DNA of 64,000 bases from Candidatus Poribacteria bacterium (GCA_965222225.1 CBDCTK010000002.1:1280001-1344000), one strand, 5' to 3'. Positions 20,841 to 30,934 are shown, counted from the stretch's first letter. The notes: generated from the letters alone by a model not told the origin. Numbers and translations: made by a program.

Positions 20841-21846
20841 GGGATTTTTAATCGGTCTTGCCAACATAATTCCGGGTGTTAGTGGAGGTACATTTGCACT
20901 TATTCTTGGCATTTATGAACGCTTGATTAGGGCGCTGCACAACATCGGCGCGAAAACAGTGCAAAGATTATTGGCTGCCGTAACGTTGAAGAAGACGGCG
21001 ATATCTGATGCTGTGTTAGAGTTGCGTCGGATTGACTTTGGATTTCTAGCGCTTCTAGGAATCGGGGCAGCTATTGCCGTTGTTGCAACCTCTAAATTGA
21101 TGATTTATCTGCTCAATGAACAACACGATCCGACTTACGGTTTCTTCTCTGGGCTGATTTTGGCTTCGATCATCATTCCGGCCAAGTTGCTTAAGGGATT
21201 CGGTTGGAAAGAGTTGATGGCTCTCATAGCTGCTGCTATGCTGACCATCGGACTCTCAATGAGCGTGGGCGTGAAAAACCTCGATAAGCAAAAACACAAG
21301 GAAAGCCTTGAAGTAAAAGAATCTTCGGAACCTGTTCCAAATGAAGAGGTAGTTGTCAGCAGGTTTTCGGTCGGCAAACTGGCATACCTGTTTCTCTGTG
21401 GAGCGTTCGCCACCTCCGCAATGATTTTGCCTGGAATCAGCGGTGCATTCGTATTGCTCCTCTTCGGCTCCTATTTTGACATCCTTACAGCGATAAACAA
21501 TCGGGATCTGTTCGTGTTGTTGATTTTCGCTGCAGGTTGTGGCATTGGACTATTGGCGTTTACGCGCTTGCTAAACTACGTTTTCGAACACTTCTACGAT
21601 TTGACTATTTCGTTCCTAATAGGACTGATGGTTGGTTCGTTGTATGGACTTTGGCCCTTCCGTAATTATGAAATCGGCGGCGGCGAACGCATAGACCTAG
21701 CCCATATAATTCCGCAAGTAAACGTGAATTTGTTAATAACGGGTACGGCATTTCTCGTTGGGGTATTCTTTATTCTACTGTTGTCTCGGATGGAAAAAAG
21801 AAAACCGCACAAAGCAGATCTCGCACAGGAGTCCTTTCCAGTTTAA
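20815..21846 (+). CDS. DUF368 family membrane protein
   Basis: GLANIIPGVSGGTFALILGIYERLI and AMILPGISG duplicated motifs. Confidence 0.9.
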   Translation: MNYLNLIVKGFLIGLANIIPGVSGGTFALILGIYERLIRALHNIGAKTVQRLLAAVTLKKTAISDAVLELRRIDFGFLALLGIGAAIAVVATSKLMIYLLNEQHDPTYGFFSGLILASIIIPAKLLKGFGWKELMALIAAAMLTIGLSMSVGVKNLDKQKHKESLEVKESSEPVPNEEVVVSRFSVGKLAYLFLCGAFATSAMILPGISGAFVLLLFGSYFDILTAINNRDLFVLLIFAAGCGIGLLAFTRLLNYVFEHFYDLTISFLIGLMVGSLYGLWPFRNYEIGGGERIDLAHIIPQVNVNLLITGTAFLVGVFFILLLSRMEKRKPHKADLAQESFPV

Positions 21847-21927
21847 GAAGACTCAACCAACATTTCCGTATCGCTTAGTGATATCCCACATCAGGATTTA
21901 CCTGAAGGACCGGCATAAATATAGGTC

Positions 21928-22797
21928 ATGAAAACCGTCGGTTTTTTTGTCAATACCTCGAAATCTCAAGCCGCTCAAGTTGTCGTTGAGGCCTCCAAAT
22001 GGCTTCAGCGCCACGGAATTAAACCGCTCATTCCTGATGAACAGGCAATAACCCTCGGTATACCTCGCGGTGGGGTAGACGAAGACGAAGTCGTCGCGCA
22101 ATCGGACGTTTTGTTGGTACTCGGTGGGGATGGAACGCTTCTAAGTGTTGTACATATCTCTATGATCGAGAACGTGCCGATACTTGCCGTTAATCTCGGT
22201 CATCTTGGTTTCCTCACAGAGGTTTCGCTTGATGAGCTTTATCCTGCACTAACCAACATTTTAAGCGGAAGCTATGAGATTGATCAGCGAATGATGTTGG
22301 AAATCAGTGGCGGCAACGACGATTTGGAGCACTCGCGTTCCTTCGCGCTTAATGAGGTCGTCATCCGCCACAACACACGGCTCATCGAATTAGACACGTA
22401 TATTGATGAGGAACCGTTTATCACCTATAATGCCGACGGCTTAATCATCGCCACCCCCAGCGGTTCAACAGGATACTCGCTTGCTAGTGGTGGAACAATT
22501 GTTGAACCGCGTCTTGATGCAATCCTTCTTACACCGATTGCACCCCACTCGCTCACTGTACGGCCTTACATTGCACATGGCGATTCGGTGATTACAGTTG
22601 CCATGAAATCCAACTATAGCAGCGTCAATTTGTTCGTTGACGGGCCGCGTGAAACGCACTGCCTCGCTCCTGACTGTTTAATCCGCGTTCGCAAAGCAGA
22701 GAAAACCATTAAACTCATCCGTTCTCAACGTCGAAGCTACTACGAAGTCCTACGAACAAAACTCATGTTGGGAGAAGGTCGGAAGCGAAGCACATGA
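21928..22797 (+). CDS. nadK: NAD kinase
   Basis: GGDGT, NLGHLGFL, LNE, DGLIIATPSGSTGYSLASGG. Confidence 0.95.
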   Translation: MKTVGFFVNTSKSQAAQVVVEASKWLQRHGIKPLIPDEQAITLGIPRGGVDEDEVVAQSDVLLVLGGDGTLLSVVHISMIENVPILAVNLGHLGFLTEVSLDELYPALTNILSGSYEIDQRMMLEISGGNDDLEHSRSFALNEVVIRHNTRLIELDTYIDEEPFITYNADGLIIATPSGSTGYSLASGGTIVEPRLDAILLTPIAPHSLTVRPYIAHGDSVITVAMKSNYSSVNLFVDGPRETHCLAPDCLIRVRKAEKTIKLIRSQRRSYYEVLRTKLMLGEGRKRST

Positions 22798-22867
22798 AAC
22801 GCCAATAGTTAAACCTAACAACCGGAAGTGGCAGGTTAGTGGTTGACATCGAAGCCCCGTCCGTCCC

Positions 22868-24577
22868 ATGATTGAAGAACTTTCTATCCGCAATGTTGCC
22901 CTCATTGATAAACTCCAATTGGAACTCGCTCCGGGTTTAAATGTGCTAACCGGCGAAACTGGAGCAGGCAAATCGGTTATTCTGCAGGCCGTAGGGTTGG
23001 CGCTAGGCGAGCGCGGAATAGCTAGTGTGGTACGCTCCGGCGAATCTAACGCAAAGGTCCAAATTACCGTCGCACTGCCTCCCAATCATCCCATGTGGCA
23101 ACGGCTTAGTGACTCCGAGTCGATTGACGAACTGGATGTGGCGGACCCCTTATTCCTATCTCGGCAGATTAGTGCAAGTGGACGAAGTCGTTGCTATGTC
23201 AACGAGCAGCCGGTGAACCTCCGACTTATGCGCGAAGTTGGCGACCTGCTGGTGGACATCCATGGTCAACACGATCACCAATCTCTCTTTCGCCCTGATG
23301 TCCACCTCGATCTACTTGACGCTTTCGGCGGGCTTGAAAAACAACGCGCGGAGTTAGGGCAGAAATATAATGAAATCCGAGATTTACAGCAGCAACTTCA
23401 TAGCCATTCTCAAATGTTGGAGCAGAGCCAACGTGAAAAAGAATTGTTGGAATTCCAGAGTAAAGAACTCGACGAGGCGGAACTCCAAGAAGATGAAGAA
23501 GAATCCCTTGACGACGAACGCCGCATCCTCGGTAATGCGGAAAATCTCTTTGAAGCTGCTAGCCTCGTTTATGAACAACTCTACGGCGGGAGTCAACCCG
23601 ACTCAGCTATTCTGGACCTTCTGAGGAACGTGAGTGGTACCATCTCCAAACTGGGGGAGATGGACACGCGCTTGAAAGAATTGAGCGAACGCTTGGAATC
23701 TGCATTGTATGAGTTAGAAGATATCGCTCACCAGGCACGCAATTATCGCGATTCTATTGAATTCAATCCATATCGCCTCTCTGAAATTGAAGATCGCTTA
23801 AATTTGATTTATCAACTCAAGCGGAAATATGGACAGTCTATCCCGGAGCTACTGGTTTATCAGGCGGAAGTTGAAAAACAGTTGAAAGATTTACAATCTG
23901 GCTCTGAGTATACCGAAGAACTAACGGCGGATCTTTCCACTGCGATAAGTGAAGCACAGGAACTTGCTATTAATCTATCGGACAAACGCAAGACTGTCGC
24001 TTCTGAATTGCAAGCTCTCGTAGAAAGGGAACTTCACACACTTGGGATGGAAAAAGCCGTTTTCCGGGTTCTTGTGCAACCGATGCTCTCCCCAAATGGT
24101 ATTTTGCTAGTTGGCAACAACCGATTTGAACTAAGATTACACGGTATGGACACAGTTGAATTTCTAATCTCACCCAACGTGGGATCCGAACCCCAGCCGT
24201 TGGCAAATATTGCGTCGGGTGGAGAGATATCCCGTGCCATGCTTGCCTTGAAAACCATTCTTGCGCGAATCGACAATATCCCAACCATGATTTATGACGA
24301 AATTGATGTAGGAATCGGGGGACAGACTGCAGATGTGGTTGGCGGCAAATTGAAAGAGCTGGCGAATTTTCGTCAAGTCATCTGTATTACCCATTTGCCG
24401 CAGATTGCGTGTTTAGCTGATCGGCACTTCCGTGTCGAAAAACACGTTAAAGAAAATCAAACGTTTATCACTGCCAAACAGTTAACGACCGAAGATCGGG
24501 TGGAAGAAATTGCCCGGATGCATGGTGGGAAGTTGACAGACGCTGCATTTGCACGCGCACGGGAGCTATTGAGATAA
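22868..24577 (+). CDS. recN: DNA repair protein RecN
   Basis: TGETGAGKS, DIHGQHDHQ, ASGGEISR, YDEID, ITHLPQIA; follows nadK. Confidence 0.96.
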   Translation: MIEELSIRNVALIDKLQLELAPGLNVLTGETGAGKSVILQAVGLALGERGIASVVRSGESNAKVQITVALPPNHPMWQRLSDSESIDELDVADPLFLSRQISASGRSRCYVNEQPVNLRLMREVGDLLVDIHGQHDHQSLFRPDVHLDLLDAFGGLEKQRAELGQKYNEIRDLQQQLHSHSQMLEQSQREKELLEFQSKELDEAELQEDEEESLDDERRILGNAENLFEAASLVYEQLYGGSQPDSAILDLLRNVSGTISKLGEMDTRLKELSERLESALYELEDIAHQARNYRDSIEFNPYRLSEIEDRLNLIYQLKRKYGQSIPELLVYQAEVEKQLKDLQSGSEYTEELTADLSTAISEAQELAINLSDKRKTVASELQALVERELHTLGMEKAVFRVLVQPMLSPNGILLVGNNRFELRLHGMDTVEFLISPNVGSEPQPLANIASGGEISRAMLALKTILARIDNIPTMIYDEIDVGIGGQTADVVGGKLKELANFRQVICITHLPQIACLADRHFRVEKHVKENQTFITAKQLTTEDRVEEIARMHGGKLTDAAFARARELLR

Positions 24578-24634
24578 TTCAGAAATTGACTTAGGTAGTC
24601 GTTAATTCAATAAAATGAAGATAAGACAGATGTC

Positions 24635-27600
24635 ATGGATGCGCGTTTAATACAAGCCAGTGGCGCCAATGTTTATACAGGTTGTGAACTCTTGGTCAAG
24701 GGAACACTTGAAAGCAACGTCAGCCTGATAACAGGGTATCCCGGCTCACCCATTGCGGAGGTATTCGATCTTCTTGAGCGCAACGCCAGCCTGTTCCGAG
24801 AGAATGGCATTGTTGCTCAAATGGCGAACAATGAAGCGCTGAGCGTTGCCCGACTCAATGGGGCGCAGATGGCAAATCTGCGGGCTGTTGCATTCATGAA
24901 GAGTGTTGGTTTTCATGTAGCGTCCGATGCACTTGCTATTAGCAATCTGGCTGGGACTACCGGCGGGGCAGTCGTTGTTGTTGGCGATGATCCGGGGTCT
25001 GGAAGCACGCAAGTACCAGCGGATTCACGGTACTTGGCCCGCCACGTCTATACTCCTCTTGTGGAACCCAGCACATTTCAGGAAATCAAGGATTGGCTGA
25101 GCGCCGCTTTCGAAATTTCGGTCGAATCGAACCTTTTTGTGACATACTTGGTCACCGTCAATCAGGCAGACGGAGGAGGAGATGTCCTGCTTAGTCCGAA
25201 TCGTTACCCCGAGATTAACGCGAAGACTAAACTGACGCTCGATACAAATCTGATTGATCCATCAAATCGAGTCGTCTTACCGCCGGATTCGGCTAGGATT
25301 GGTGTCGAAACTCTGAAAGAGCGTTTGCCTAACGCCATCAAGTCCGCAAGGAAACATAAACTCAATCAGATTTACTACGCACACGACTCCATCCATGAAT
25401 TTGGATTTGTGTCCTCTGGAGTAGCCTTCACCTATCTTCAGCACGCACTAAATGAACTGGGACTCCAAGGTAAAATCCCAATCCTCAAATTTGGTTTGAC
25501 TCACCCAATCGATGACGAAATTGTACGCGAGTTTGCGATGCATGTTCGTGAAATCTGTGTCATTGAAGAAAATCGTCCACTCTTGGAAAACGAGGTTAAA
25601 GCCAGTCTTAGCCAGCTTTATCAAAATGGTGAAATCGACCGGTTTGTGCAGGTCTGGGGAAAGCAATTTCCCGATGGATTAGAAGGAATCCCCGACATGG
25701 GTGGACTCAATCCATCGGTTATCATGCAGATGCTTATTCCCCTCCTTCGAACAAGATATTTGACGAAGTTGAAGATGGATGACGGCAGACTGCTTCAGGA
25801 GGAAGAGCGGATAAAACAAGCCAATTCGCACCAAGTCGACATTCCTGGAAGAACGCCTACATTTTGCCCGGGCTGTCCGCATCGCGACTCTGCAAGTGTT
25901 TTTCTGGATGTCGTTAAGCAGTTCATGGACGCCGAATACATGAAGAAGCACTACAATTCACCACCAATCGATCTCGTTTTTCACGGAGATATCGGTTGTT
26001 ATTCCATGTTGAAGTTCGATCCCTACCCACGACTGATGCACAATCTGTCTGCAATGGCTCTAGGAGGAGGTACTGGCGCGGGAATCGACCCGTTCATCAC
26101 GAATAAACAAATTGCATTCATGGGCGATTCAACCTTCTTTCATGGCGGTATGTCGGCAATCTCGGATTCAATCAAAAATGGTCAAGATATCGCCTATGTA
26201 ATCTTGGACAATCAAACCACTGCGATGACAGGGCATCAGCCCACCCCCTCTACCGGAGAGGACATTCTGGGCAATCCGACATTCGCGCAAGACATCGAAA
26301 AAGTGACCCGCGGTCTTGTTGCCGAGTCTGATGCACTAATCGTCCGTATCGACCCTGAGAATCGATTTGAATACAAGAAATTGCTTGAGGAATCCATTCT
26401 CAAACCGGGAGTCAAGATTATCATTGCCGACAAAGAGTGTGGAATTACCTACCATCGGCGAGTGCGACGTGAACAACAGCAAACCCTAACGGAACACGGT
26501 TTCCTGAAGACTGAAAAGCACATCAATATTACAGAGGAAGTTTGCGAATTTTGCCTAGAGTGCACAAAAGCAACGGGATGCCCGGGTCTGCAAACCGTTG
26601 AAACGGAATATGGACCCAAGATTGGCATAGACCAGTCCAACTGTGTATCCGATGGCGCCTGCGCGAGAATTAAGTGGGCTTGCCCATCTTTTGAGGAAGT
26701 AACCATTACCCGTAAACATACGCCGCAGAAGTCTAGAGAATCCGGCCTGATTCAGATAGGCGAGACTGATATGGCTATGCAGCATCTCCCGCCGCCAAGG
26801 CTCACCAGTTTTGATAATACATGGAGTGCCTATGCTGCTGGCGTCGGCGGCATGGGAATCGGCACAATCTCCAAGATTCTGGTAGTTGCCGGGCACATCC
26901 AGGGATATCATGTTCAATTCTGCGACAAGAAAGGACTCGCAATCAGGAATGGAGGCGTTTATACCCATGTAATTTATTCAAAGACCGACAACCACATTTC
27001 GCCCCTCATTCCGTATGGAAAAGCAGACCTGTTACTTGGACTGGACATTCTGGAAGCTGTACGCGGTATTGATCCAAAAGCCGGATTCAGCGTCGCCTCT
27101 CCAGACCAAACAGCGGCAATTGTTAATACGGCGAAAACCGAAACCGTCAGGTCGTTAATAGGGAAGGATGGTTTTGAAGTTGCCAATCTTGAGGAATGGC
27201 TGCGATTGTACACCAAAACGGACGAATATGTCGGTGCAAATCTTTTCGATGTCGCCGAGAAACACTTGGGCAGCAAACTTTACGCGAACATTATGCTGCT
27301 CGGTGTGGCGTTTCAACGTGCGTTAATACCGCTTGAACTCGGCACGCTACAATTGGCGTTGAAACAAATGGTGAAACCAAGCGACTTGGAATCCAATCTT
27401 CGTGCTTTTGAAATTGGTCGTTGGCTCGCTGTTCATCCTGCCGCCTTCGTCGAAACACTCGAAAAGAAACCTTACAAGCACACTGTTAACGATAAGAGTC
27501 GAGTCCTAGCGAAACGGTGGCGAGGTAGAAGCATCGCGCGTGACTATTCAGCGTTAGTCCAATCAGCTGTGGATACGATGCAGTTGGATGACGAGACTAA

Positions 27601-28198
27601 TCGTGGGCTGGCTATGCGTGTATACGACCTAATTCAGTTCGAAAATCTGAAGTATGCCCGTCTATATGTTGAAAAAATCCGACGCGTTTACGGCAAAGAT
27701 TCTAGCGACCAAAATTACCGAGCTACTAAAGCTGCCATTAAATATCTGCACAAGGTCATGCTTATAAAGGATGAGATTTATGTATCGCATCTGCTAACAA
27801 GTCAAGAGAAACTCCAACGAGATAAAGAACGTTATGGTATTGACGAATCCAATGGTGACAGGATTAAATATGTTCACCTCAACCGCCCACACGTTAGAAT
27901 CATGGGGATTGACCTTGAAGGCGAGATAAGTACACGCAACTGGCAACTGAGTTTGATGAAACGGATGAAGTTCCTTCGGCGTTGGCTTTCGCAGTGGCAT
28001 GCCATTGAAAAGTCTTTCCGAGACTGGTATGTTTCTGAGGTGGTCGATACTTTCGCACCGGCGGATACGGAAAGTTACGAAAAGCATGTAAACGCCCTAG
28101 AAACTCCCGAGGAGGTCCGTGGTTATCGAGAAGTACGTTACCCAAAAATGGAAGTCGCCAAAGAAAAGGTTGAAAAATTGATAGGTAATAGAAATTAG
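24635..28198 (+). CDS. Indolepyruvate ferredoxin oxidoreductase family, single-chain fused alpha+beta
   Basis: GYPGSP, FCPGCPH, GDIGC, GDSTFFH, TAMTGHQP, ferredoxin Cys clusters, GVGGMG, KDEIYV, VRGY. Confidence 0.88.
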   Translation: MDARLIQASGANVYTGCELLVKGTLESNVSLITGYPGSPIAEVFDLLERNASLFRENGIVAQMANNEALSVARLNGAQMANLRAVAFMKSVGFHVASDALAISNLAGTTGGAVVVVGDDPGSGSTQVPADSRYLARHVYTPLVEPSTFQEIKDWLSAAFEISVESNLFVTYLVTVNQADGGGDVLLSPNRYPEINAKTKLTLDTNLIDPSNRVVLPPDSARIGVETLKERLPNAIKSARKHKLNQIYYAHDSIHEFGFVSSGVAFTYLQHALNELGLQGKIPILKFGLTHPIDDEIVREFAMHVREICVIEENRPLLENEVKASLSQLYQNGEIDRFVQVWGKQFPDGLEGIPDMGGLNPSVIMQMLIPLLRTRYLTKLKMDDGRLLQEEERIKQANSHQVDIPGRTPTFCPGCPHRDSASVFLDVVKQFMDAEYMKKHYNSPPIDLVFHGDIGCYSMLKFDPYPRLMHNLSAMALGGGTGAGIDPFITNKQIAFMGDSTFFHGGMSAISDSIKNGQDIAYVILDNQTTAMTGHQPTPSTGEDILGNPTFAQDIEKVTRGLVAESDALIVRIDPENRFEYKKLLEESILKPGVKIIIADKECGITYHRRVRREQQQTLTEHGFLKTEKHINITEEVCEFCLECTKATGCPGLQTVETEYGPKIGIDQSNCVSDGACARIKWACPSFEEVTITRKHTPQKSRESGLIQIGETDMAMQHLPPPRLTSFDNTWSAYAAGVGGMGIGTISKILVVAGHIQGYHVQFCDKKGLAIRNGGVYTHVIYSKTDNHISPLIPYGKADLLLGLDILEAVRGIDPKAGFSVASPDQTAAIVNTAKTETVRSLIGKDGFEVANLEEWLRLYTKTDEYVGANLFDVAEKHLGSKLYANIMLLGVAFQRALIPLELGTLQLALKQMVKPSDLESNLRAFEIGRWLAVHPAAFVETLEKKPYKHTVNDKSRVLAKRWRGRSIARDYSALVQSAVDTMQLDDETNRGLAMRVYDLIQFENLKYARLYVEKIRRVYGKDSSDQNYRATKAAIKYLHKVMLIKDEIYVSHLLTSQEKLQRDKERYGIDESNGDRIKYVHLNRPHVRIMGIDLEGEISTRNWQLSLMKRMKFLRRWLSQWHAIEKSFRDWYVSEVVDTFAPADTESYEKHVNALETPEEVRGYREVRYPKMEVAKEKVEKLIGNRN

Positions 28199-28236
28199 GT
28201 TTTGCTGATGTTTTACGTAGCCTTAGTCCTGTTCTG

Positions 28237-29094
28237 ATGATGCAAATCACGGGAAAGACAAAGATTGTTGGGGTAATTGGGGATCCCGTTGAACACAGCC
28301 ACTCTCCACAAATGCACAATGCTGCCTTTGTAGAGTTGGGTTTGAATTACGTTTACGTTCCATTCCACATACAACCAGACGCCTTACCCGCAGCTATTGA
28401 AGGGTTTAAGGCAATCAACGTGGTTGGGCTTAATGTAACCATTCCGCACAAACAAGCTGTCATCCCATTTTTAGATGAAATCTCGCGCGAAGTTGAGCTA
28501 ATTGGCGCTGTTAACACACTGACGTTTGAGAATGGTCGAATCAAGGGTGACAACACGGATGGCTTGGGATTCTTGGAAGGGATGCGAGAAACCGGGCTGG
28601 AATTACGTCAAGGCGAGTCCGCTCTTGTGATTGGCGCTGGCGGATCCGCACGGGCGGTTATTGTAGCATTAACTTCAATTGGACTTGAAACCATTTTCGT
28701 CGCCAATCGCACTACATCGAAAGCCATTAAACTTGCTGAAGGTCTTTCTGATACGATTGGCACACCGATTCATGGAATTGGACTTGACAATCCACAACTG
28801 GCAGATATAGTTAACAGCGTCGCATTAGTGGTCAACACGGCGTCGGTCGGTATGGATATATCAAAGCCTCCATTGATTAACGCCGAATGGCTGCGACCTC
28901 AAACTGCTGTCTACGATATTGTATATACGCCCCCGGAGACCCGTCTATTATTAGCGGCTGCCGAACGAGGGTGCCACACAATTCAGGGACTCGGCATGCT
29001 TGTTTATCAAGGAGCAATTGCATTTGAGAAATGGACGAAAGTATCGCCACCCGTTAAAACGATGAAACAAATACTTCAACAAGCGTTGCATTGA
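28237..29094 (+). CDS. aroE: Shikimate dehydrogenase
   Basis: HSHSPQMHN, NVTIPHK, GAVNT, DNTDG, GAGGSARA, GMLVYQG. Confidence 0.96.
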   Translation: MMQITGKTKIVGVIGDPVEHSHSPQMHNAAFVELGLNYVYVPFHIQPDALPAAIEGFKAINVVGLNVTIPHKQAVIPFLDEISREVELIGAVNTLTFENGRIKGDNTDGLGFLEGMRETGLELRQGESALVIGAGGSARAVIVALTSIGLETIFVANRTTSKAIKLAEGLSDTIGTPIHGIGLDNPQLADIVNSVALVVNTASVGMDISKPPLINAEWLRPQTAVYDIVYTPPETRLLLAAAERGCHTIQGLGMLVYQGAIAFEKWTKVSPPVKTMKQILQQALH

Positions 29095-29198
29095 AAGAAC
29101 GCTAGGTTGTGACGGGAACACGGAATTAAATTGCGGAAATATTCGCCATTTCTTGATGCTGCCTCCGCGAGGTTTGTAACATCTCCAGAAGGTGATTT

Positions 29199-29474
29199 AT
29201 GGACTCTGAAGAACTTGAAACAGTAAAAGTTGATATCTTTAATAATCAGTACGCTATAAAACCTACTGATAATTTGAGTGAAGATGATATTCGTGTTTTG
29301 GCGAGTTATGTCGACAAACTGATGCGTCAGGTTAGTCGAAAGGGATACGATCAACTGAGTGTAGCAATTCTTGTTGCCCTGAACTTGGCTGAACAGATGT
29401 ATAAAGAACAGAAAAACTTTTCGGATTTCCTTCACGGTTTGATTCAAGGCATAGATGAAGTTGTAAAGCGATAG
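29199..29474 (+). CDS. zapA: Cell division protein ZapA
   Basis: VKVDIFNNQY, LASYVDKLMR, AILVALNLA pattern. Confidence 0.85.
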   Translation: MDSEELETVKVDIFNNQYAIKPTDNLSEDDIRVLASYVDKLMRQVSRKGYDQLSVAILVALNLAEQMYKEQKNFSDFLHGLIQGIDEVVKR

Positions 29475-29585
29475 GATAATCTATCAAACTGCGAGGCTGT
29501 TTAGAAAAGCCATCGACCACGTCTTGGGCATGCAACGGGTACAGTCAAATCCCGCTTGTTTCACGCCCACCGAATCTTATATAAG

Positions 29586-29692
29586 CTCTAATATCCCTTT
29601 TCGGGGCATAGACTGCAACCACGGATGGGCTGGGCGGGCTACGTCAGTTATTTGACTTTCAGTCCCCTTTTCATCGGGGCATAGGCTGCAAC
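29586..29692 (-). CRISPR. Mini CRISPR array: one 37-bp repeat, one 36-bp spacer, one degenerate terminal repeat
   Basis: Repeat GTTGCAGCCTATGCCCCGATGAAAAGGGGACTGAAAG (29692-29656), spacer 29655-29620, degenerate repeat ending 29619; CCCC/GGGG hairpin and 8-nt ACTGAAAG handle. Confidence 0.8.
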
Positions 29693-29831
29693 CGACCTAA
29701 GATCGCTTGGCATCTACATTCCGTGATTTGCCTCTGAAACAGAATATCTTCATTTGTCTCGTTTCAACTCCCATTTCAGGCATTTCTTTCGCAAATAGAG
29801 GGGGGTTTTCCGCAGAAACTCAATTTGCGAA
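29693..29831 (-). promoter_or_regulatory. CRISPR leader, copy 1
   Basis: Abuts the intact repeat; distal inverted repeat TTCGCAAAT...ATTTGCGAA; near-identical copy at 30446-30584. Confidence 0.65.
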
Positions 29832-29881
29832 ACCGCTCCCGAACATGAGTGCCACCAATATGATAACAAAGATAATTAACG

Positions 29882-30397
29882 CTATTGTCCCGACTGAAGT
29901 TCCTGCCGAGAGATTGCCTTCCATCTATGTGCCAAAATACTTAGAAATTCATCGGCTTCGCTTTCTAACTGGGAAGATTTAGGCATCATATTCACCGGAT
30001 TTAGCGATTCCTGACGTGGCAAAAAGTGTTTTTCTATCGCAAAGTGAGCTTTGACGTTATAACCCTTATTATCACGGCACTTCACGACACTAGCGATGTC
30101 GTGTATGTTAAAACGCACAGTTGTGATGCCACAATATCCATCGTTGTGTTCTGGTTTAGGCGGATTTTTAGTATCGAGTTTACTTAACTGCATTTTAGCG
30201 AATGGTTCCATACAGGGGCCTCTCAAGATGACGACATGTCCATCTTCGGTTACATCGTCGCCTAAAGTTTCGCTTAAACGTTGATAATTGCCCGGAAAGT
30301 CTGCGACAATTCGATAACCGACTTCGTATGGCTCAACTTTAATGTGTGGTGCGTATATTAGATTGATTATCGCGCGACTTTCGATGAAAAAAAACAT
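29882..30397 (-). CDS. Hypothetical protein directly downstream of a solo CRISPR repeat
   Basis: Open frame of 171 aa from ATG 30397, preceded by GGAAGGG; no recognisable family. Confidence 0.6.
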   Translation of the reverse strand: MFFFIESRAIINLIYAPHIKVEPYEVGYRIVADFPGNYQRLSETLGDDVTEDGHVVILRGPCMEPFAKMQLSKLDTKNPPKPEHNDGYCGITTVRFNIHDIASVVKCRDNKGYNVKAHFAIEKHFLPRQESLNPVNMMPKSSQLESEADEFLSILAHRWKAISRQELQSGQ

Positions 30398-30408
30398 GAT
30401 TGTATTTC

Positions 30409-30445
30409 CCTTCCGACCCCTTTTCATCGGGGCATAGACTGCAAC
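30409..30445 (-). CRISPR. Solo CRISPR repeat with altered 3' handle
   Basis: GTTGCAGTCTATGCCCCGATGAAAAGGGGTCGGAAGG; 33/37 identical to the array repeat, hairpin intact. Confidence 0.7.
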
Positions 30446-30584
30446 CGACCTAAGATCGCTTGGCGTCTACATTCAGTGATTTGACTCTGAAACAGAATAT
30501 CTTCATTTGTCTCGTTTCAACTCCCATTTCAGGCATTTCTTTCGCAAATAGACGGGGGTTTTCCGCAACACATCAATTTGCGAA
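30446..30584 (-). promoter_or_regulatory. CRISPR leader, copy 2
   Basis: 139-bp direct repeat of 29693-29831 with about 8 substitutions counted by eye. Confidence 0.65.
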
Positions 30585-30595
30585 TTCTACTGAAG

Positions 30596-30934
30596 CTATT
30601 CGTTGGATTCATCTGATTGCCCATCAGCCCGGTCATCAATTCTTGACATGTGGTCGAGAAAGGCTTGTATTTTCTGGTGCTGTGCATTGATTGCTTCAAT
30701 TGACGATTTCATGTCTTCACAAATGTTTTGAAGAACATCTATGCCTTGTGTGCCCTGAAGGATTAGCTCGTAACTATAATCAGCCCATTCTTGGCGTTGA
30801 TTCCAAGCTCCTCGACATATAGCCATCCGTGAATCAAATGCTAGGGGAAGTACCAAAGTGTTGATATTGTCAAGCCGAACACCGGCTGAAACACAAAGGG
30901 CATCCTTGATTGAACTGTTCTGCTTGAGTACCAT
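30596..30934 (-). CDS. Hypothetical protein, possibly a 5'-truncated remnant
   Basis: 112-aa ORF ending 11 bp from leader copy 2; no clear RBS; IS1595 just upstream. Confidence 0.4.
   Translation of the reverse strand: MVLKQNSSIKDALCVSAGVRLDNINTLVLPLAFDSRMAICRGAWNQRQEWADYSYELILQGTQGIDVLQNICEDMKSSIEAINAQHQKIQAFLDHMSRIDDRADGQSDESNE

Noticed and set aside
29521-29536. Possible further degenerate CRISPR repeat (GGGCATGCAAC)
   Set aside because: Match is too short, needs a deletion, and spacing does not fit the 36-bp spacer length.
29475-29585. 6S RNA, often found downstream of zapA
   Set aside because: No long self-complementary rod is visible; the region runs into the CRISPR remnant.
29707-30690. 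Twin plus-strand ORFs beginning MASTF at 29707 and 30460
   Set aside because: They are antisense translations of the duplicated leader and diverge where the duplication ends.
30823-30831. CCATCCGTG match to the end of the spacer, suggesting self-targeting
   Set aside because: A 9-nt match is expected by chance in a window this size.
30596-30934. Cas2 candidate, given size and position next to a leader
   Set aside because: Lacks the N-terminal YDI-type motif and ferredoxin-fold pattern of Cas2.
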